A DNA stretch of 64,000 nucleotides, taken from the NCBI RefSeq assembly GCF_009914755.1, contig NC_060932.1; one strand, 5' to 3'. This document shows positions 14,041-27,670 of this stretch, in pieces. This stretch comes from the human T2T-CHM13v2.0 reference genome, Homo sapiens. Numbering within the stretch: the first letter of the stretch is position 1; every line of letters begins with the position of its first letter. The position numbers were made by a program, and so were the translations under genes. The notes beneath the pieces are model-generated. The model was not told the DNA's origin, ran no database searches, and worked only from the letters and a program-made list of their open reading frames with translations.

Positions 14041-16769
14041 ACACCATCAGTTTGAAAATATTATTACTATATTATTAACATGTTTTTATTAACTTAGTGT
14101 GAGGAAAAAAATTAATAAGCTTAAGGTTTTAAAAAATATTGGTTTAATATACTATATTACAGAAATTCCAAGATCGGGGTTTAAATTCTATTTATTTCAA
14201 AACTGGCTTTAAAAGCTGTGATTATTGAAAAATTTACTTTATGAAGATATGTAGATTCAAATGGGGGAAGATAATTTGAAAACTATATTTTTTATGCTTT
14301 ATGGGCCTTAAAACTCTTTTGTCCAACCAAGGAGTGTATTTTAGCTTCTGACCATATTTTTGTAGCCAGCTGGCAAAATAAGTATTTCTGTAATTGAGAT
14401 TAAGGAATTTCAAAAGTGATTCCTAAGCACTTATTTTACCTTGAGGGAAATTTTGAAAAGTACTTGTTTTAGTACTATATCTTAAAAACAATTGTTAGAG
14501 AAATTAAATAATTACCTCTTAGTCATGATGGCATCATACTATTATTTACTTAGAAACCATCAAGGCACAATATGTCCTTAGGAAGAGTTTCATAATTAAT
14601 TAGAATAAACATAAGTCCATAGATTGAATAGTCTCCCTAATAATTTTAAATGCTTTCAGGTTAACATCTTATTTTTACTTTGCAGCAAGGCTAATAGGGA
14701 GCTTGTTCTGTTAAAATGGTTAGATTCTCTATGTTCTCAGTTTTGTTGGGCTTGCATTGTTAATGTTATCTCCAATCTGAAATTTCTTAATAGAAACATT
14801 TTAAACCACTTACACATTTTATTATCATTAAATTGTTTAAAACTAGATAATATAATTTATAAATTCACTTAGGTGAATACAAGTAAACTACAAATGATTG
14901 CTATACACTACAAGAGAGAAAAATGAGTGAAAATTCGACTTCCAATCCCTAGACATTTTGGACATCCCAATCTTCCCTCCAGATGTTGAGTGAATAATAT
15001 GTGACCATCTGATACGGGGCTAGGATGAGATCTTCCATGTCCATCTGTATTTTAAATGTGTATAAAATAATTGACTTATAATTACAAATAAATACAAGTA
15101 GAAGTTCTAACATTTTCTTCCTTTAACTCAATGGGGCCTCTTGAACGTTCTCTGAGTATGTACACCCCACGGTTGAGGACTCAGCTTTAGGAACCAGCAG
15201 ATGGGTACCTCTCTGAAAGGATAAAAGATGTTACAATGGACTAATCCCAAAAAATTTTATGCAGAAATGCTTGAAAAATAAACCAAACTGTTTGTTGTTG
15301 CCTATGTGTAAATATTATTTTTTCAGTTCGATACTATTTTCACTACATGGTGTACCATAACTCTTTCAGAATTTAAGTATCCTCAAGTCCTAATAGGGCC
15401 CTAGATATTAGCCTGGGTGAATTATCTCTTTAATGAAAAGTTTAAGGGAGGGAGTGAGAGGAACCATAAGGGATAAAGCATGGGGCAGTTGTTGGCCAGT
15501 AAGGCTATTTTCTGCCCAGGTATCAAAATCAAGGTTGCTTCAGCTTTTGACTGCCCATTCACGGGCAAATTTTGTTAAAAAAAAACAAAAAACAAGTACG
15601 GTTTTGTGCTGTAGTGTCCATCTAGCTTGATGTTAAAAAAGAAGAAGTAACCATGTTCATAGTATTCATGTACACAGTGAATTTCCTAAACTTGCATCTG
15701 GATTTTACAATACTTTGGGTAAAATGTTATTGTATCTATTAAATATATTGTTGTGATTAGGACCAGGGGCCCTGAAGTTAGAATTTATAGGTTTGAATAC
15801 TGCCTTCCTATTTTGTATGTGCACAGTTTTTACAATTTATTTAGTGTTCTTTAGATTCAATTTTCTAGTTCATAGATTCATTTTGAGGGTTAAATAATAT
15901 AATATGCAAGGCCGAGTACAGTGCCTGCATACAATGTATACCTAATATATTACTTATATTATTGCTATTAATGACTAGTACTACTGAATAGTGTAGAAAA
16001 ATATACATAAATACATAGATACATATAGATAGATAGAGTCACAAATTTTATTCTATTCAAAAAATTCAATGTCTTGATTCTTTCTTAGGCCATTCATGCT
16101 GAAATCCTCTATCTAACCCAAATGATATCTATTGTCTCTCTTGTACTATACAAATCTGAGTGTAAGGGTATGGATGTCAGAGTGTGGGTCTCAGTTAAGA
16201 TGTTGGAAGGTTCTGCTAAGACCCTGTAGTGTTTTACTTTTTAAGTAACATCATTTATGTTTGTATTTTTATGTATTTATTTATTTTGATTTTTTACCAT
16301 AATATTCTAGCATGATTTTTTTCCAGTGAGCCATTGATAAGACATTCTGGATTTCAGTGTAGAATGTAAAAAGAAAATATGAGAATGAAAAATTGTTCTC
16401 TTTGTATGACAGTCTGGCCTATGACTCATGGTCAGTTTTGAAGCCAATTTTAAAAAAAAAGAAAGAAAAACAAAGAACTGAATTCATATTTGGACTGTTG
16501 CATTCTGGGCATGTCATGAAGCTTCACAATCTTTTAGGTTAGATTACTTACTCTGTCCTCATTTCCCCATGCTCTGGGTTTCTCAGAAGGAACTTCTGGA
16601 TGGAAAAGGCTTTGGTCCATATCAGTGGCAAGTTTGTTTATAATGATTAATTTAAATGAGTGGACAGTGATTGAACACCTATTATATGACTGAGTCTGTG
16701 CTAATTTGTGGGACACAAAACAAGGAACCAAATATTGGATCAGCCTTTTAAAGGCTCAAACTGCAGTTG

Positions 16770-16865
16770 TAGAGAAAGGAGAAAAAGAGAGAAAGAGAGA
16801 GAGACAAAGAGCAGGAGAGGGAGGGCAGGGGAGAGTCAGGGAGAGAGAAATAGGGAGGGAGAGGG
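16770..16865 (+). repeat. GA-rich polypurine tract
   Basis: About 95 nt of almost exclusively A and G. Confidence 0.9.
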
Positions 16866-17444
16866 ATCCCAAATGACTTCCACAGAGATAAGCATTATAA
16901 CAGCAGAACAAACACAAATTGCAACAGAAGAGGAGGAGATATGAGCTAAATAGTTTAAGCATTTGAAAGCTAGGATTCTTTTCTTGAACCTAATTTATAG
17001 CTACCTATTTCATAGGTAATATATAATATATAGTACCTGTTTTATAGGTAGCAATACAATAATTTTCTACTCAATTTTGAAACAGTAGTGGGACACACAA
17101 GTTTTCCATTTCTTATTTCTTTTGTTTTTAAATTAAAATTATTCATTAACTCTTAAAGATGTGATGCTACAAATAAGATTGCACCTGCTGGGTTTGCAGT
17201 GTATCTCCCTGCTTTCAATATGCCTACCTGGTTTTATACACACTATTAATAAAGTTCTTTTACATCTCACTTAGAACCCTTCTAACTTAAAGCAGGTAGA
17301 AGGCGCTGGGACCTGGACTGAAGATACAGTAAGGGCAGTTTCCTGGCAGCAAGCGGGAGTTACTTTGGGAAAGGATGGGTCAGAGAAAGACTTTGGCAAT
17401 GGCTGCCCAGGCAGAGTGAGAAACAGGTCATCGAGATATGCATT

Positions 17445-17575
17445 TATATATTACCATTTTACAGATGAGGATACTGAGTTACAGTGAGGAAGTGCATTGC
17501 TCAGGTTCATATGACTAGGCAGTTCAGAACTAGGATCTGAACCAGGTATATCTGATTCCCAAGCTAGTCCTTATT
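17445..17575 (+). mobile_element. MIR
   Basis: MIR core ccattttacagatgaggatactgag...gctcaggttcata...gaaccagg. Confidence 0.75.
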
Positions 17576-18429
17576 TTTATCACCTCCTGGCAACAAATAC
17601 CTCTCAATAAAGGAAAGACTTCTTGGATATTGAATTGTAAATAACTCTTCGTATTCTATGTAAACTATGTTTTCGTAGATGATAGTTTATTATGAATGAG
17701 TTATTAAAGATGGGCAATAACAATTTTTTAAAAATTTAAGTAGCATTCCATCTATTAGGAAGACAGGCACAGAATCTAACTTAATGGAAAGTTTAAGCTC
17801 ATTAGGTCCAGCCTCCTTAATCAATTGATGCAGTCCAGAGAGGTGATATGTCTTCTCTTTCTTGGATACCTCGTCACAATGCTGGTATAAGAACTTGGGC
17901 TTCTGATATCTAATCTGCCAGTCTGCCAGCACATCTTCTTCCTGCAGTCTTTTTCTGGTAGTTGTAGCAGCAAAGTTAAAACAACTGACAGTATTGCAAT
18001 CTTTCTTAGGCATTTCCTTGGCTGACTAGGTCTGTGCATTTATGAGCAAGTGAAAAAGTTCTATTCTACAGAATTGTCTTCACCCTGCATTTATGATTGC
18101 TTGGAAGCAATGTGTAGATGATGGAAATTTTATAACACAGTTTTCCAAGATACTCATTTCATACTACACCCACTCCATGCATTTGATTGTTTTAGGTGAA
18201 CATAAGGAAGTATAATATGTTGCTTAACAGCAAGCATTTTGCAGTTATTTGAGTCCTGGTACCCCTCACTAGCTATCTCACCAAGTTAAACAACTCTGTG
18301 GTTCTGTTCCTCATATCTCAAATAGCGGGGTATAATAATACATCATAGAGTTGTTATGAAGATTGAAGGAGATAATACATGGAAACATAGATTGTGTGTA
18401 TCCTGAGTCCATTCTTTCTCATTACCTAG

Positions 18430-18690
18430 TGATAATTCATTATATTCATTAACCTATTGATTGGCACTTAGGCCATTTCTAGTTTTTGGCTATGATAAAA
18501 TTGAAATGAACAGTTTTTTACAAATCTTTTTTGTGAAAATATATTTCGCATTTTTTGAGGAACTATTTAGGAGTAAAATGTTTTAGTTATAGGGTAGGTG
18601 TATACTTAACACAACTAAAAATAGCCAGATCTTTTCCCAAAGAGGCTGCTTCATTTTGTATTTCCACAAACAAGATATGAGAGTTCAGCC
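18430..18690 (-). mobile_element. Ancient L1M fragment
   Basis: catttctagtttttggctatga ... cttcattttgtatttccacaaacaagatatgagagttc is reverse L1 ORF2-end text. Confidence 0.7.
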
Positions 18691-18726
18691 GGGTTTGTTA
18701 ATTTTCTCATTTTCTCTATTACATGA

Positions 18727-19137
<411 letters not shown>

Positions 19138-19253
19138 TAGCTTCTTAGGGTGGAATCTTAAGTCTTTGATTTGAGATCTTTCTATTTTAAAAAGTTTGTA
19201 AAGCTATATGGTTCCTTCCTTTTAAATACTGCTTTAGCTAGCTACATTCCACA

Positions 19254-19544
19254 ATTTTTTTTTTTTTTTTTTGAGAGGGAGTCTCACTCTGTCATCCAGG
19301 CTGAAGTGCAGTGATGTGATCTCGGCTCACTGCAACCTCCGCCTCTTGGGTTCAAGTGATTCTCCTGCCTCACCCTCCAAATTACAGGTGCGCACTACCA
19401 TGTCCAGCTAATTTTTGTATTTTTAGTAGAGATGGGGTTTCACTATGTTGGCCAGGCTGGTCTCGAACTCCTGACCTCAAGTCATACAGCCACCTCAGCC
19501 TCCCAAAGTGCTGGGATTATAGGCGTGAGCCACCACTCCAGGCC
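19254..19544 (-). mobile_element. AluS
   Basis: Poly(T) plus reverse Alu. Flanks ccacaattttt / ccaaaattttg. Confidence 0.93.
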
Positions 19545-19599
19545 CCAAAATTTTGATGGGTGTTTTCACTATTGTTTGGTTAAAAAATACTTTCTTGTT

Positions 19600-19838
19600 T
19601 TTCAAAAATAATTTTTTTATTTCTGGAAAATTTTGATTTATAGAAAAATTAAGATGATAGTACAGAGAGTTATATAACCCACAGCCAATTTTCCCTAATA
19701 TTAACATCTATGTTAATAGGTAAATTTGCTACAAGTATTGAACAATTATCAATACATTATTATTAGCTAAAGTTAATCTTTTATTCAAGTTTCCTTAGTT
19801 TTTACATAATGTTATTTTTTTTGTTCCAGGATCCCACC
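19600..19838 (-). mobile_element. L1MC/MD-type 3'-end fragment
   Basis: tttatagaaaaattaagatgatagtacagagag...ttccaggatcccac, continuing briefly after the next Alu. Confidence 0.65.
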
Positions 19839-19839
19839 G

Positions 19840-20165
19840 GGCTGGGTACAGTGGCTCTCGCCTGTAATCCCAGCACTTTGGGAGGCCCAGGTGGGCAATC
19901 ACTTGAGGCCAGGAGTTCGAGACCAGCCTGGCCAACATGGTGAAACCTCTTCTCTACTAAAAATACAAAAAGTTAGATCCGTCTCTACTAAAAATACAAA
20001 AATTAGCCAGGCGTGAGGGCGCGTGCCTGTAATCCTAGCTACTCAGGAGGCTGAGGCAGGAGAATTGTTTGAACCCAGGAGGCAGTGGCAGTGAGCCGAG
20101 ATCACGCCACTGCACTGCAGCCTGGGTGAGGAGACCTAGACTCCGTCTCAAAAAAAAAGAAAAAA
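19840..20165 (+). mobile_element. AluS with an internal ~32-bp duplication of the linker
   Basis: tctctactaaaaatacaaaaa occurs twice, at about 19951 and 19983. Confidence 0.93.
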
Positions 20166-20384
20166 GATCGATCCCACAGGATATTACAAAATTACAAAAT
20201 TTAAAAATATTCTTCAGGGAAACATCACAGAATATTGCATTTGTAATTAAAAAGGCAATCAAAAGCTATCCTGGCCTGTGATGTTTGTCTGAAGAATATT
20301 TTTAAATTTAACATGGTAGAATTGTGAACCAAAACAAAACACAGAATTACTGACTTTTAATTTCAAAAGCCAGAATCAATGAGT

Positions 20385-20430
20385 TGGTTTTTGTTGTTGT
20401 TGTTGTTGTTTGTTTTGTTTTGTTGTGTTT
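20385..20430. repeat. (TTG)n/(TTTTG)n microsatellite
   Basis: Read directly from the sequence. Confidence 0.9.
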
Positions 20431-20944
20431 GGCCATCAGGTTAAAGATTCCTAAATAGGATTAGTTGAATAGGAGGGCAACACACAGAGGAGTGGAGTTT
20501 GCATCCTGAGAGACTGTCAGGCTCACTCATTCCAGCAACTTCTGTCCTCATGGGCCAGGAAGGTTTGCAGAGGCTGTATTATTTATTGCTTAGAATCTTT
20601 CCGGGCTGTTGACATCTCCCCTGTACAACCTGGAGCAAGTTGCTTTACCCCTCTGACCATAATTTTTCTTTTCTGAAAAATCTCAAATTTCTTGAATTCT
20701 TAAATTTCCAGTTTGTATATCATTTCTGCAGAGAGAACTGCTGCTACCACTTGATCAGAAGTTCATTTCCATGTTACCTTGTCACTGTATTATTTTCATT
20801 CATTGCACCAATCACAATTTGTACTTTTTATTTATTGACCTATTCCCTTTTCAGTGTCTTACTCCTCCAATATACTGTAATATACATGAGGACACATTTA
20901 ATGAATTTTTAATATATCTAATGTCTACTCCAGTGCTGTGACAT

Positions 20945-21110
20945 AATAATAATTGTTATCATTTGTTGGACATTGATGATGTGCCAGACATTTATCTAGG
21001 CATTTGTATGTAATTCTCCCAGCAATTTTATGAGGTAGATAAAATTATTTTTATGCTTATTTCACAGGTGCGGAAAAATCAGAGTGTTCAAAACAGTAAG
21101 TAACTTACTC
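20945..21110 (+). mobile_element. MIR
   Basis: atgtgccagac...ttatgaggtagat...tttcacaggtgcggaaa. Confidence 0.6.
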
Positions 21111-21548
21111 CAAAATAAAAGGTAGAATAAGGTGCGGATAATTTGGCTCCATATGGTTCTCTTAACTGCTTCTTAGAAATATCCTATATTAATAGGAATG
21201 TAATAAGTGCTCAAATATTATTTTTAAATGAATAAATTAAAGCTTAAAACTAATATTTTGAATTTTTAATAAATAATTTACATGACTTTATCTAATTTAA
21301 TTCTCTTAGCAGTGCCATGACATAGAAGCTGTTATAATTTAATTCGACCTATTATGAAATGTTAAACGACTGGACTAAAGTCATGGAATTAATTTGTATA
21401 AGGGTTAGAATTTAAATACATGTCTTCATTGCTAACCTTCCTCAGAGAATTTTTAAAAGAATGAAATAAAGAAAGATTTTGGAGTTTCTTCATAAAGTAT
21501 AGGACAACCTCTGGTAGAGAATTATCATAGAACAGTGTCATAGATATC

Positions 21549-22020
21549 TGTAGTAGGAAGGAAACATCACTTCAACTCTTCACACCTCTCAATATCCCAT
21601 TCTTTGCATTGAGGCCTTGCAACTCACTACGAGTTGAAGTTTATTTAACCACTTCTCAAATCTGACCTTGCTTTTATGACCTGTTTGACCAACAGGACAA
21701 TGGACAATGTGACACAAAGCCTTGAAAATCACTTGTTTGTCAGAAATTGTCTGGTTGTTGCTCTTGGGAATACTGCAACCATCACCAAGTGAACAAGACT
21801 GGGCAACGCTGTGAGATAATGGGAGACATATGGCCTTTTACCACTGGTATGGAATCAACCACCAGACCTAGGAGTAATGACATTTTGACCCAGCTGAGCA
21901 GTTAAGTGGGCCCAGACTAGAACTGCTCAGCTGACTCAGAATTATCAAAAATAACATATTTTGTTGTTTAAGTCAAAATGTTTTGGGGCGATCACGACAC
22001 AGCAAGAATTAACTGACACA
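21549..22020. mobile_element. MLT1G/H-like MaLR solo LTR
   Basis: tg...ca termini, and ttgttgtttaagtcaaaatgttttgggg...cagcaagaattaactgacaca at the end. Confidence 0.7.
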
Positions 22021-22529
22021 GTTCCCACTTGTGATTTCCCTATAATATTCTCTTTTGCTTTATACCACTGGATACATGTTCTGTGCTATGGTTGTGGCAG
22101 AGAAGGAGGTGGTAGTAGTGAAGATAAGACAAGCAATTGGGATCAAGTTGCCCAGCACTACGCAATCAACTTATTTACTTTGTATTGAGAGGGAAGGAAA
22201 TATTAAATCAATTGTGGCTAAACACAGTCTACACTTAATAGCAAATATTTATGTTGTAGATAAAATATTTCTTGGTGACAGCTTTTTACTGAAGAGAATG
22301 TTATTGAAGATCTTTTCTTCTATTATTTAAATATACTGCCTAGCTTATTTTGTAAAACTTCTTGGAAAGAACCTTAATTACTTCCCATGCTAAACTTGTT
22401 TGGCAATGTAAGCCTCATTAAAGAATAGATATTAAAGAACATTTCTATTATGCTTCCTCCAAATCATTTGGTCTAATCCTCTTCTAACCATAAAACATCT
22501 AATATAAATGCAAATATTTGTTATTACTA

Positions 22530-22700
22530 ATAACTGTGGATAGACCCTATTTAATAAATGGCAGGCATTGCCAAGAAAATTGTGGCGAGCTCGTAAATTC
22601 AAACATAGCTGACTTCCATCAATCAAAAATAAATTGGCTATGTTTATCATAAAGAAAACAAAAGCCCATTTAAAACACACAATACTTAATGAGTTATAGA
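22530..22700. promoter_or_regulatory. Candidate developmental enhancer (homeodomain motif cluster)
   Basis: CCATCAATCA (PBX-HOX site TGATTGATGG) at 22616-22625, CTCGTAAA at 22590-22597, and TGTTTATCATAAA near 22641, all in unique sequence. Confidence 0.35.
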
Positions 22701-22954
22701 CTTTATATTTGTGATTGTATGGGACAACTCATTCAGACCCCAAATGCCAGGCTTCTTTCTTCTTAGTCTACTCTTAGTCTACTTAGTCTGCTTGTCTTTG
22801 ACCAAACAGCATTAACCCTGCATATGGAAAGAACATAAGGCTTAGTCAGAAGAATGCTGTTTGATTCTCAGTACTAGAATGAACCAGCTATGTACTGTAG
22901 AATAATTAGACAACATAATACATTGACAAACAAATTTTTTTCTTAACTCTAAAT

Positions 22955-23185
22955 AGCAACTGTTGAACATTTGCTATGTGCTGGGCACTGGTAAGTAAAC
23001 TTTATATAAGATATCTCATTAATTCTCACAGACAACCTTAGATTTAGACTTTATCATTAGTCTCACTTTACATATCAAGAAACTAAGGTTTGGAGGGTTT
23101 AGTTTACTTGTGTAAAATGCTAAACCTTGTGATTTGTAGAGCTGGGATTCTGAACAGATCTGGCTCCAGAGTTTGAATTTGTAAT
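22955..23185 (+). mobile_element. MIR
   Basis: gaacatttgctatgtgctgggcactg...ttaattctcacagacaacc...gaaactaagg...tctggctccagag. Confidence 0.8.
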
Positions 23186-23974
23186 TATTCTCCCATTGTC
23201 CCTCACTATACATATTACCTCCATTTCAGTTTTCTTGGGAATCGTCTTCATTTCAATATCAAAGGATTATAAAAAGGATAAAATAAGGATGCATATGCAA
23301 GAGTTTATGTACTTTAAATATTAGTATTCATTTAACGAATAATTATAAGCAGATACTATGCAAGTAGCAATTGCCACACTGATTTCAACCAACCCAGCAT
23401 ATGGATACAAACTGTGTATGGATACAGAAAGTGTTCTAAAAGTCAGAACTGTCCTCTCTGACACAGAAATTAAAAAGTTAGCAATGTATCCAAAATATTT
23501 TCATTACTTTAATATCTCCATCAATCATCTGTGAACGTACATGAATATTTTCGAATTAGTATGTGTATCTTCATTTTGTACCTCTGGGGTAACAAGTTCC
23601 ATATGTTTGTTCTCAACTGAGTTGTCCTTTTGTTTGTAGCTTGAAGTCTCTCTCAAATTTCAGACAATGTTTCTGGTATTCTGAAAAGTTATGAATGAGT
23701 TTATATTCAACTTATTTAGACCCTTCATGATTGCATAAGCTCCAATTATATCTTTCTATGTCTTTGTCTTCTCATGGTCCCAATCTGAAGAGTCATGATA
23801 TGTTTGAGACTCTTTTTAGAAATATTAAATATTGTCTTATTGTCTATGTGATTCCAAACATCTGGCTGAAAATGAAATAAAGAAGGGAAACATCACAAAT
23901 GCAGCTGTTTCGCATTTGGTAACTGAATTTCTAGTTCTCCTTCAGATATTTAAGGGCAGAGAATATGTGGCCAT

Positions 23975-24023
23975 ATCTTTCTCTTTTAAGGGTTAGTAAT
24001 CTTTCTCTTTTAAGGGTTAGTAA
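23975..24023. repeat. Perfect 24-bp tandem duplication
   Basis: atctttctcttttaagggttagta occurs twice in tandem. Confidence 0.97.
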
Positions 24024-24924
24024 ATGGTACAAGAAGGTAATAAGGCTCAGAGTTGATAAATCAGGATGTCGTGGTGTCAGCACATCTAAAGAGGTGAGGA
24101 TTCCATTTCTTTGGCTTTGAATCAGTGAGATAATTTTCCTCTAGTGACTTGCAATGGCAGAGAACTGATAATGAGTTTCCAAAAAAGAAGCCTCCAAGAG
24201 CATTTAGTTACCAGACAGGGGCTTTGTTCTTGCTGTGGTAGGTTTTCAAATTAGGACATCCTGTGGTTTGGTAAGGATTAGAGGAAGTGGCCAAGAAGAA
24301 CTATTAATGAAATGCTCTTGAAAATTCTTTTCTCAAATGAGACTATAATTGTTTATATTCAGTCAGTTGTACAGTCACAGTACTTCTGAGTGTACTGCAT
24401 AAGCAATCTTACAAAATAAATTAGCTACAACATTTGGATAATGGAAGAAAAGGGCCATTATAATATTATATACAATGAGCGAAGTACCGCAGTTTCTAAT
24501 TAAGGGCCAAGTCAGTTGTACAATGAACTATTTGTTGTACTTTTAAAATAAAATTTGCAATCTTTGAATAAATGACTTGCGGCCATGTAGTAAAAACAGA
24601 GATATTTATGGTGGGACACATGGATTGCATTATCTTTTCTAAGGCTCGCTTGCTCCTGCATACACTGGGCCTGTCTACTTGGTACAGCCGGGAAACAGGA
24701 ATCCAGGTGGCTTGGCAGGAAAGACTCTGATCTACCTTAGCTGGCAGTAAGCCAAGTGTCATTCTGACAGAAATCCTTAATTCAGATTAGCTGTTGTCTG
24801 GCAGGTGGTGCCTTCTGATTTTGAAATGTCAGAGACACCAAGGACAAGGAAATCCCAGTAGGGCACAGGGAAATATGTAATATTTTAAGGAGGGTTTCTT
24901 GGGTCATGTTATGCAACTACTCAC

Positions 24925-24982
24925 TTCCTCAACTTTACCTTCAGGGGAAATTGAAAACCTTCTTCGTGCATGGATACATCAC
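24925..24982 (-). ncRNA. Candidate small exon with two alternative donors
   Basis: Acceptor ctcccttgtccttag|. Donors AAG|GTAAAG (exon end 24939) and GAA|GTGAGT (exon end 24925). Confidence 0.25.
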
Positions 24983-25589
24983 CTAAGGACAAGGGAGCAT
25001 GTTCATGCATATATTTTGACCCCTTTAACAGTTCTAAGTCATTTGGAGTTTCCGTTTACTTGGATTTGGCCAGAAACAACCTCTTGGTTCTCAGAAAAGA
25101 ATGTCTTAAAGATCCACAAAGGAGGCTCAAGAGGCTTCTTGGACTTCAAACCTCTCTTACAAAATATTTTGATGAGTCAACTGTAAGTGAATCAGATACA
25201 CAGAGGCCAAATTTTTCTTGACAAACATGAGCTTAATAACAAGAAATAGGGGTTAGGGAGAAGAAAATGGTGGGGAGGTCTTAGGAAAACATCTACTGAG
25301 TTTTGCTGATCACAAAGCGTTATACAAAAATTTCTTAATACATGAATACAACTACAGCTGGGGTCACTCAGCACTGCTATTACTCCAGCAGGAATTCTGA
25401 CCATATTTGGTTCAGTTGCTCTTTAATATTTGCCCAAAGCAAGTTTGATATCATGACCCCCTAGGACAGTTCTGCATAGTAACTGATATGACTTTGGCTG
25501 CAGTTTTTTTTTTTAATCAGCATACTTTCTATACCATTCTTGCTTAGTAATTATGAATATAATCACATCTAGAATCCAGGAGGTACAAG

Positions 25590-26060
25590 TGAAGATACCA
25601 GAAAATATTCTGTAGAAGAGGATGCTTACAATGAGTTTAAAGGGTATAAAGGATTTAGCCATGCATAAAAACATGATCAAATCAACAGAAAAAAATACTT
25701 CAAAGCATAAAAAAATGCATGGTATACTTAGGAAATTTCAACTATTCTGGATTTCCAAAATGTCTAACCTGAAAGGAATCGGAAAGGGATGAGGTTGGAA
25801 AGGAAAGCGGGGCTTAGATCATGGCAGTATTTTGAAAACGATGATTAACCTCAGAAACATTGTTATGAGGAAAATGAGTGATTATACTATTAATATGTAT
25901 CATGCTGACTGCAATGTGGAGAATGCATCAAATGGGGCTCAACCTACAGGCAGAGTAAGAAGTTTGAGTGATATTGCAGTATTCAAAAAAAGAACTGATG
26001 AAGTTCTGAAAACGTGGCCACAGCGGTTGAGAAAATATGGCAAGATGTGAAGACTAAAGA
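25590..26060 (-). mobile_element. L2 remnant
   Basis: Reverse L2-like text: gatgaggttggaaagg...gctgactgcaatgtggagaat...ttgcagtattca. Confidence 0.55.
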
Positions 26061-26104
26061 GAATTTCTTGCTCTCCTTACAATAATAAAAGCTTACAATC
26101 ATGG

Positions 26105-26350
26105 AGAGAGTATACAGCCTTCCAATAAGCACAGACTCTGGAACACAGGCTTTGGGTCAGGGTTCAAATTCCACCTCCATTACTTACCTGCTGTGTGAGT
26201 ATAGATAACCCGCTTAATTACTCTGTCCCTTAGTTTCCCCATCTGTCAAATGGGGAAAAAAAAGATTAATGCAAAGATGAGGATTAATTGCTTTAATGTG
26301 TAAAACATGTGAAAGACAGTATCTGACCAAGAGTAAACATATTAATGCTA
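26105..26350 (-). mobile_element. MIR
   Basis: gggttcaaattccacctccattacttacctgctgtgtg...ccttagtttccccatctgtcaaatgggg. Confidence 0.8.
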
Positions 26351-26397
26351 CACAGAGATATGATAGCAAACTGTTTGTGGGGAGGGGGTATGAATAC

Positions 26398-26520
26398 ATT
26401 TTTAATTTTTTAATTTTTAAAATATATTTAGTGGGATGAGTGCAGTTGTGTTACACGGATATTTGCAATGGAGTGAAGTGTGGGCTTTTAGTGTATCCAT
26501 CACTTGGATACTTGGATTGT
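26398..26520 (-). mobile_element. Short L1PB-like 3'-end fragment
   Basis: gtgcagttgtgttacacggatat...tgggcttttagtgtatccatcac. Confidence 0.65.
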
Positions 26521-27197
26521 AACCTAGGATTTCATGCCTCCCACACACATTTAATCTTTAAAATAAATCCATGAGAAGGTCACTATCATCCTTATTTTAC
26601 AGAGGAGGATACTGCAGTATAGAGAGTTTACATTGCTTTCCCACTGTCACAGAGCTGGTAAATGATGAACATGGAATGTAATTCCAGAGCCCCCTGCTCC
26701 TAACATTTTGTTACAACTTTTGTGAAAATGCAGGCATCCTTGCCTCCAAATAAAGAATATTTTTAGTTTAAGGGAGAAACTCAGGATGACGTAGAGTATA
26801 CGGTGCATTTTCTCCTGTTTGTGCTCAGGTGAGAGTTCATGCAGCAATAGTCTTTGTGGAAGATGGTTTGGTGTACAGCAGAAAGTAGAGAACTTAGAGT
26901 TTAGAACACATAATTTAAACAGGAACCCCCAGGTTATGGTTATTGCTTTGAGAAGGGTCTTCATCTGTGTGTGGCTAAAGACGGAAGATAATCAAGTGAG
27001 GGAAAGCTCTCTGTAAATGAAAACATGCTAGATAAGCATCAGTTATTGATTGTCTCCTTGAAGTGAGTGAAATAAGAGTCATCCATGTTCATGACTACCT
27101 TTTTCTGAAACCATAAATGAAAATCATTCCTTTCTAACATCATTAACTCTACGTTTTCAGAAATAACATTGTCACCTTCTGTCATATAAAAGTTTGA

Positions 27198-27503
<306 letters not shown>

Positions 27504-27670
27504 ATAAAAGTTTGAGAAGGTAATTCAGTCTTGCTTCTTACCTCCTTCTAGCCAGTTCCACTTGGTAGCATCATGACACAAGCATTATTTTATTAATAAT
27601 TCAAGTGTGGAATAAGCTAAAGCTTCTTCCAGGCAGGAGGAGACAGCAGTTAGGCCAAGATAGAACAACT

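Noticed and set aside
17690-18039. Overlapping 107-aa and 72-aa minus-strand ORFs
   Set aside because: No recognisable protein family and no convincing pair of flanking splice sites.
24899-25221. Plus-strand ORFs with a GTAAGT donor near 25183
   Set aside because: No homology that I recognise and no compatible neighbouring plus-strand exons.
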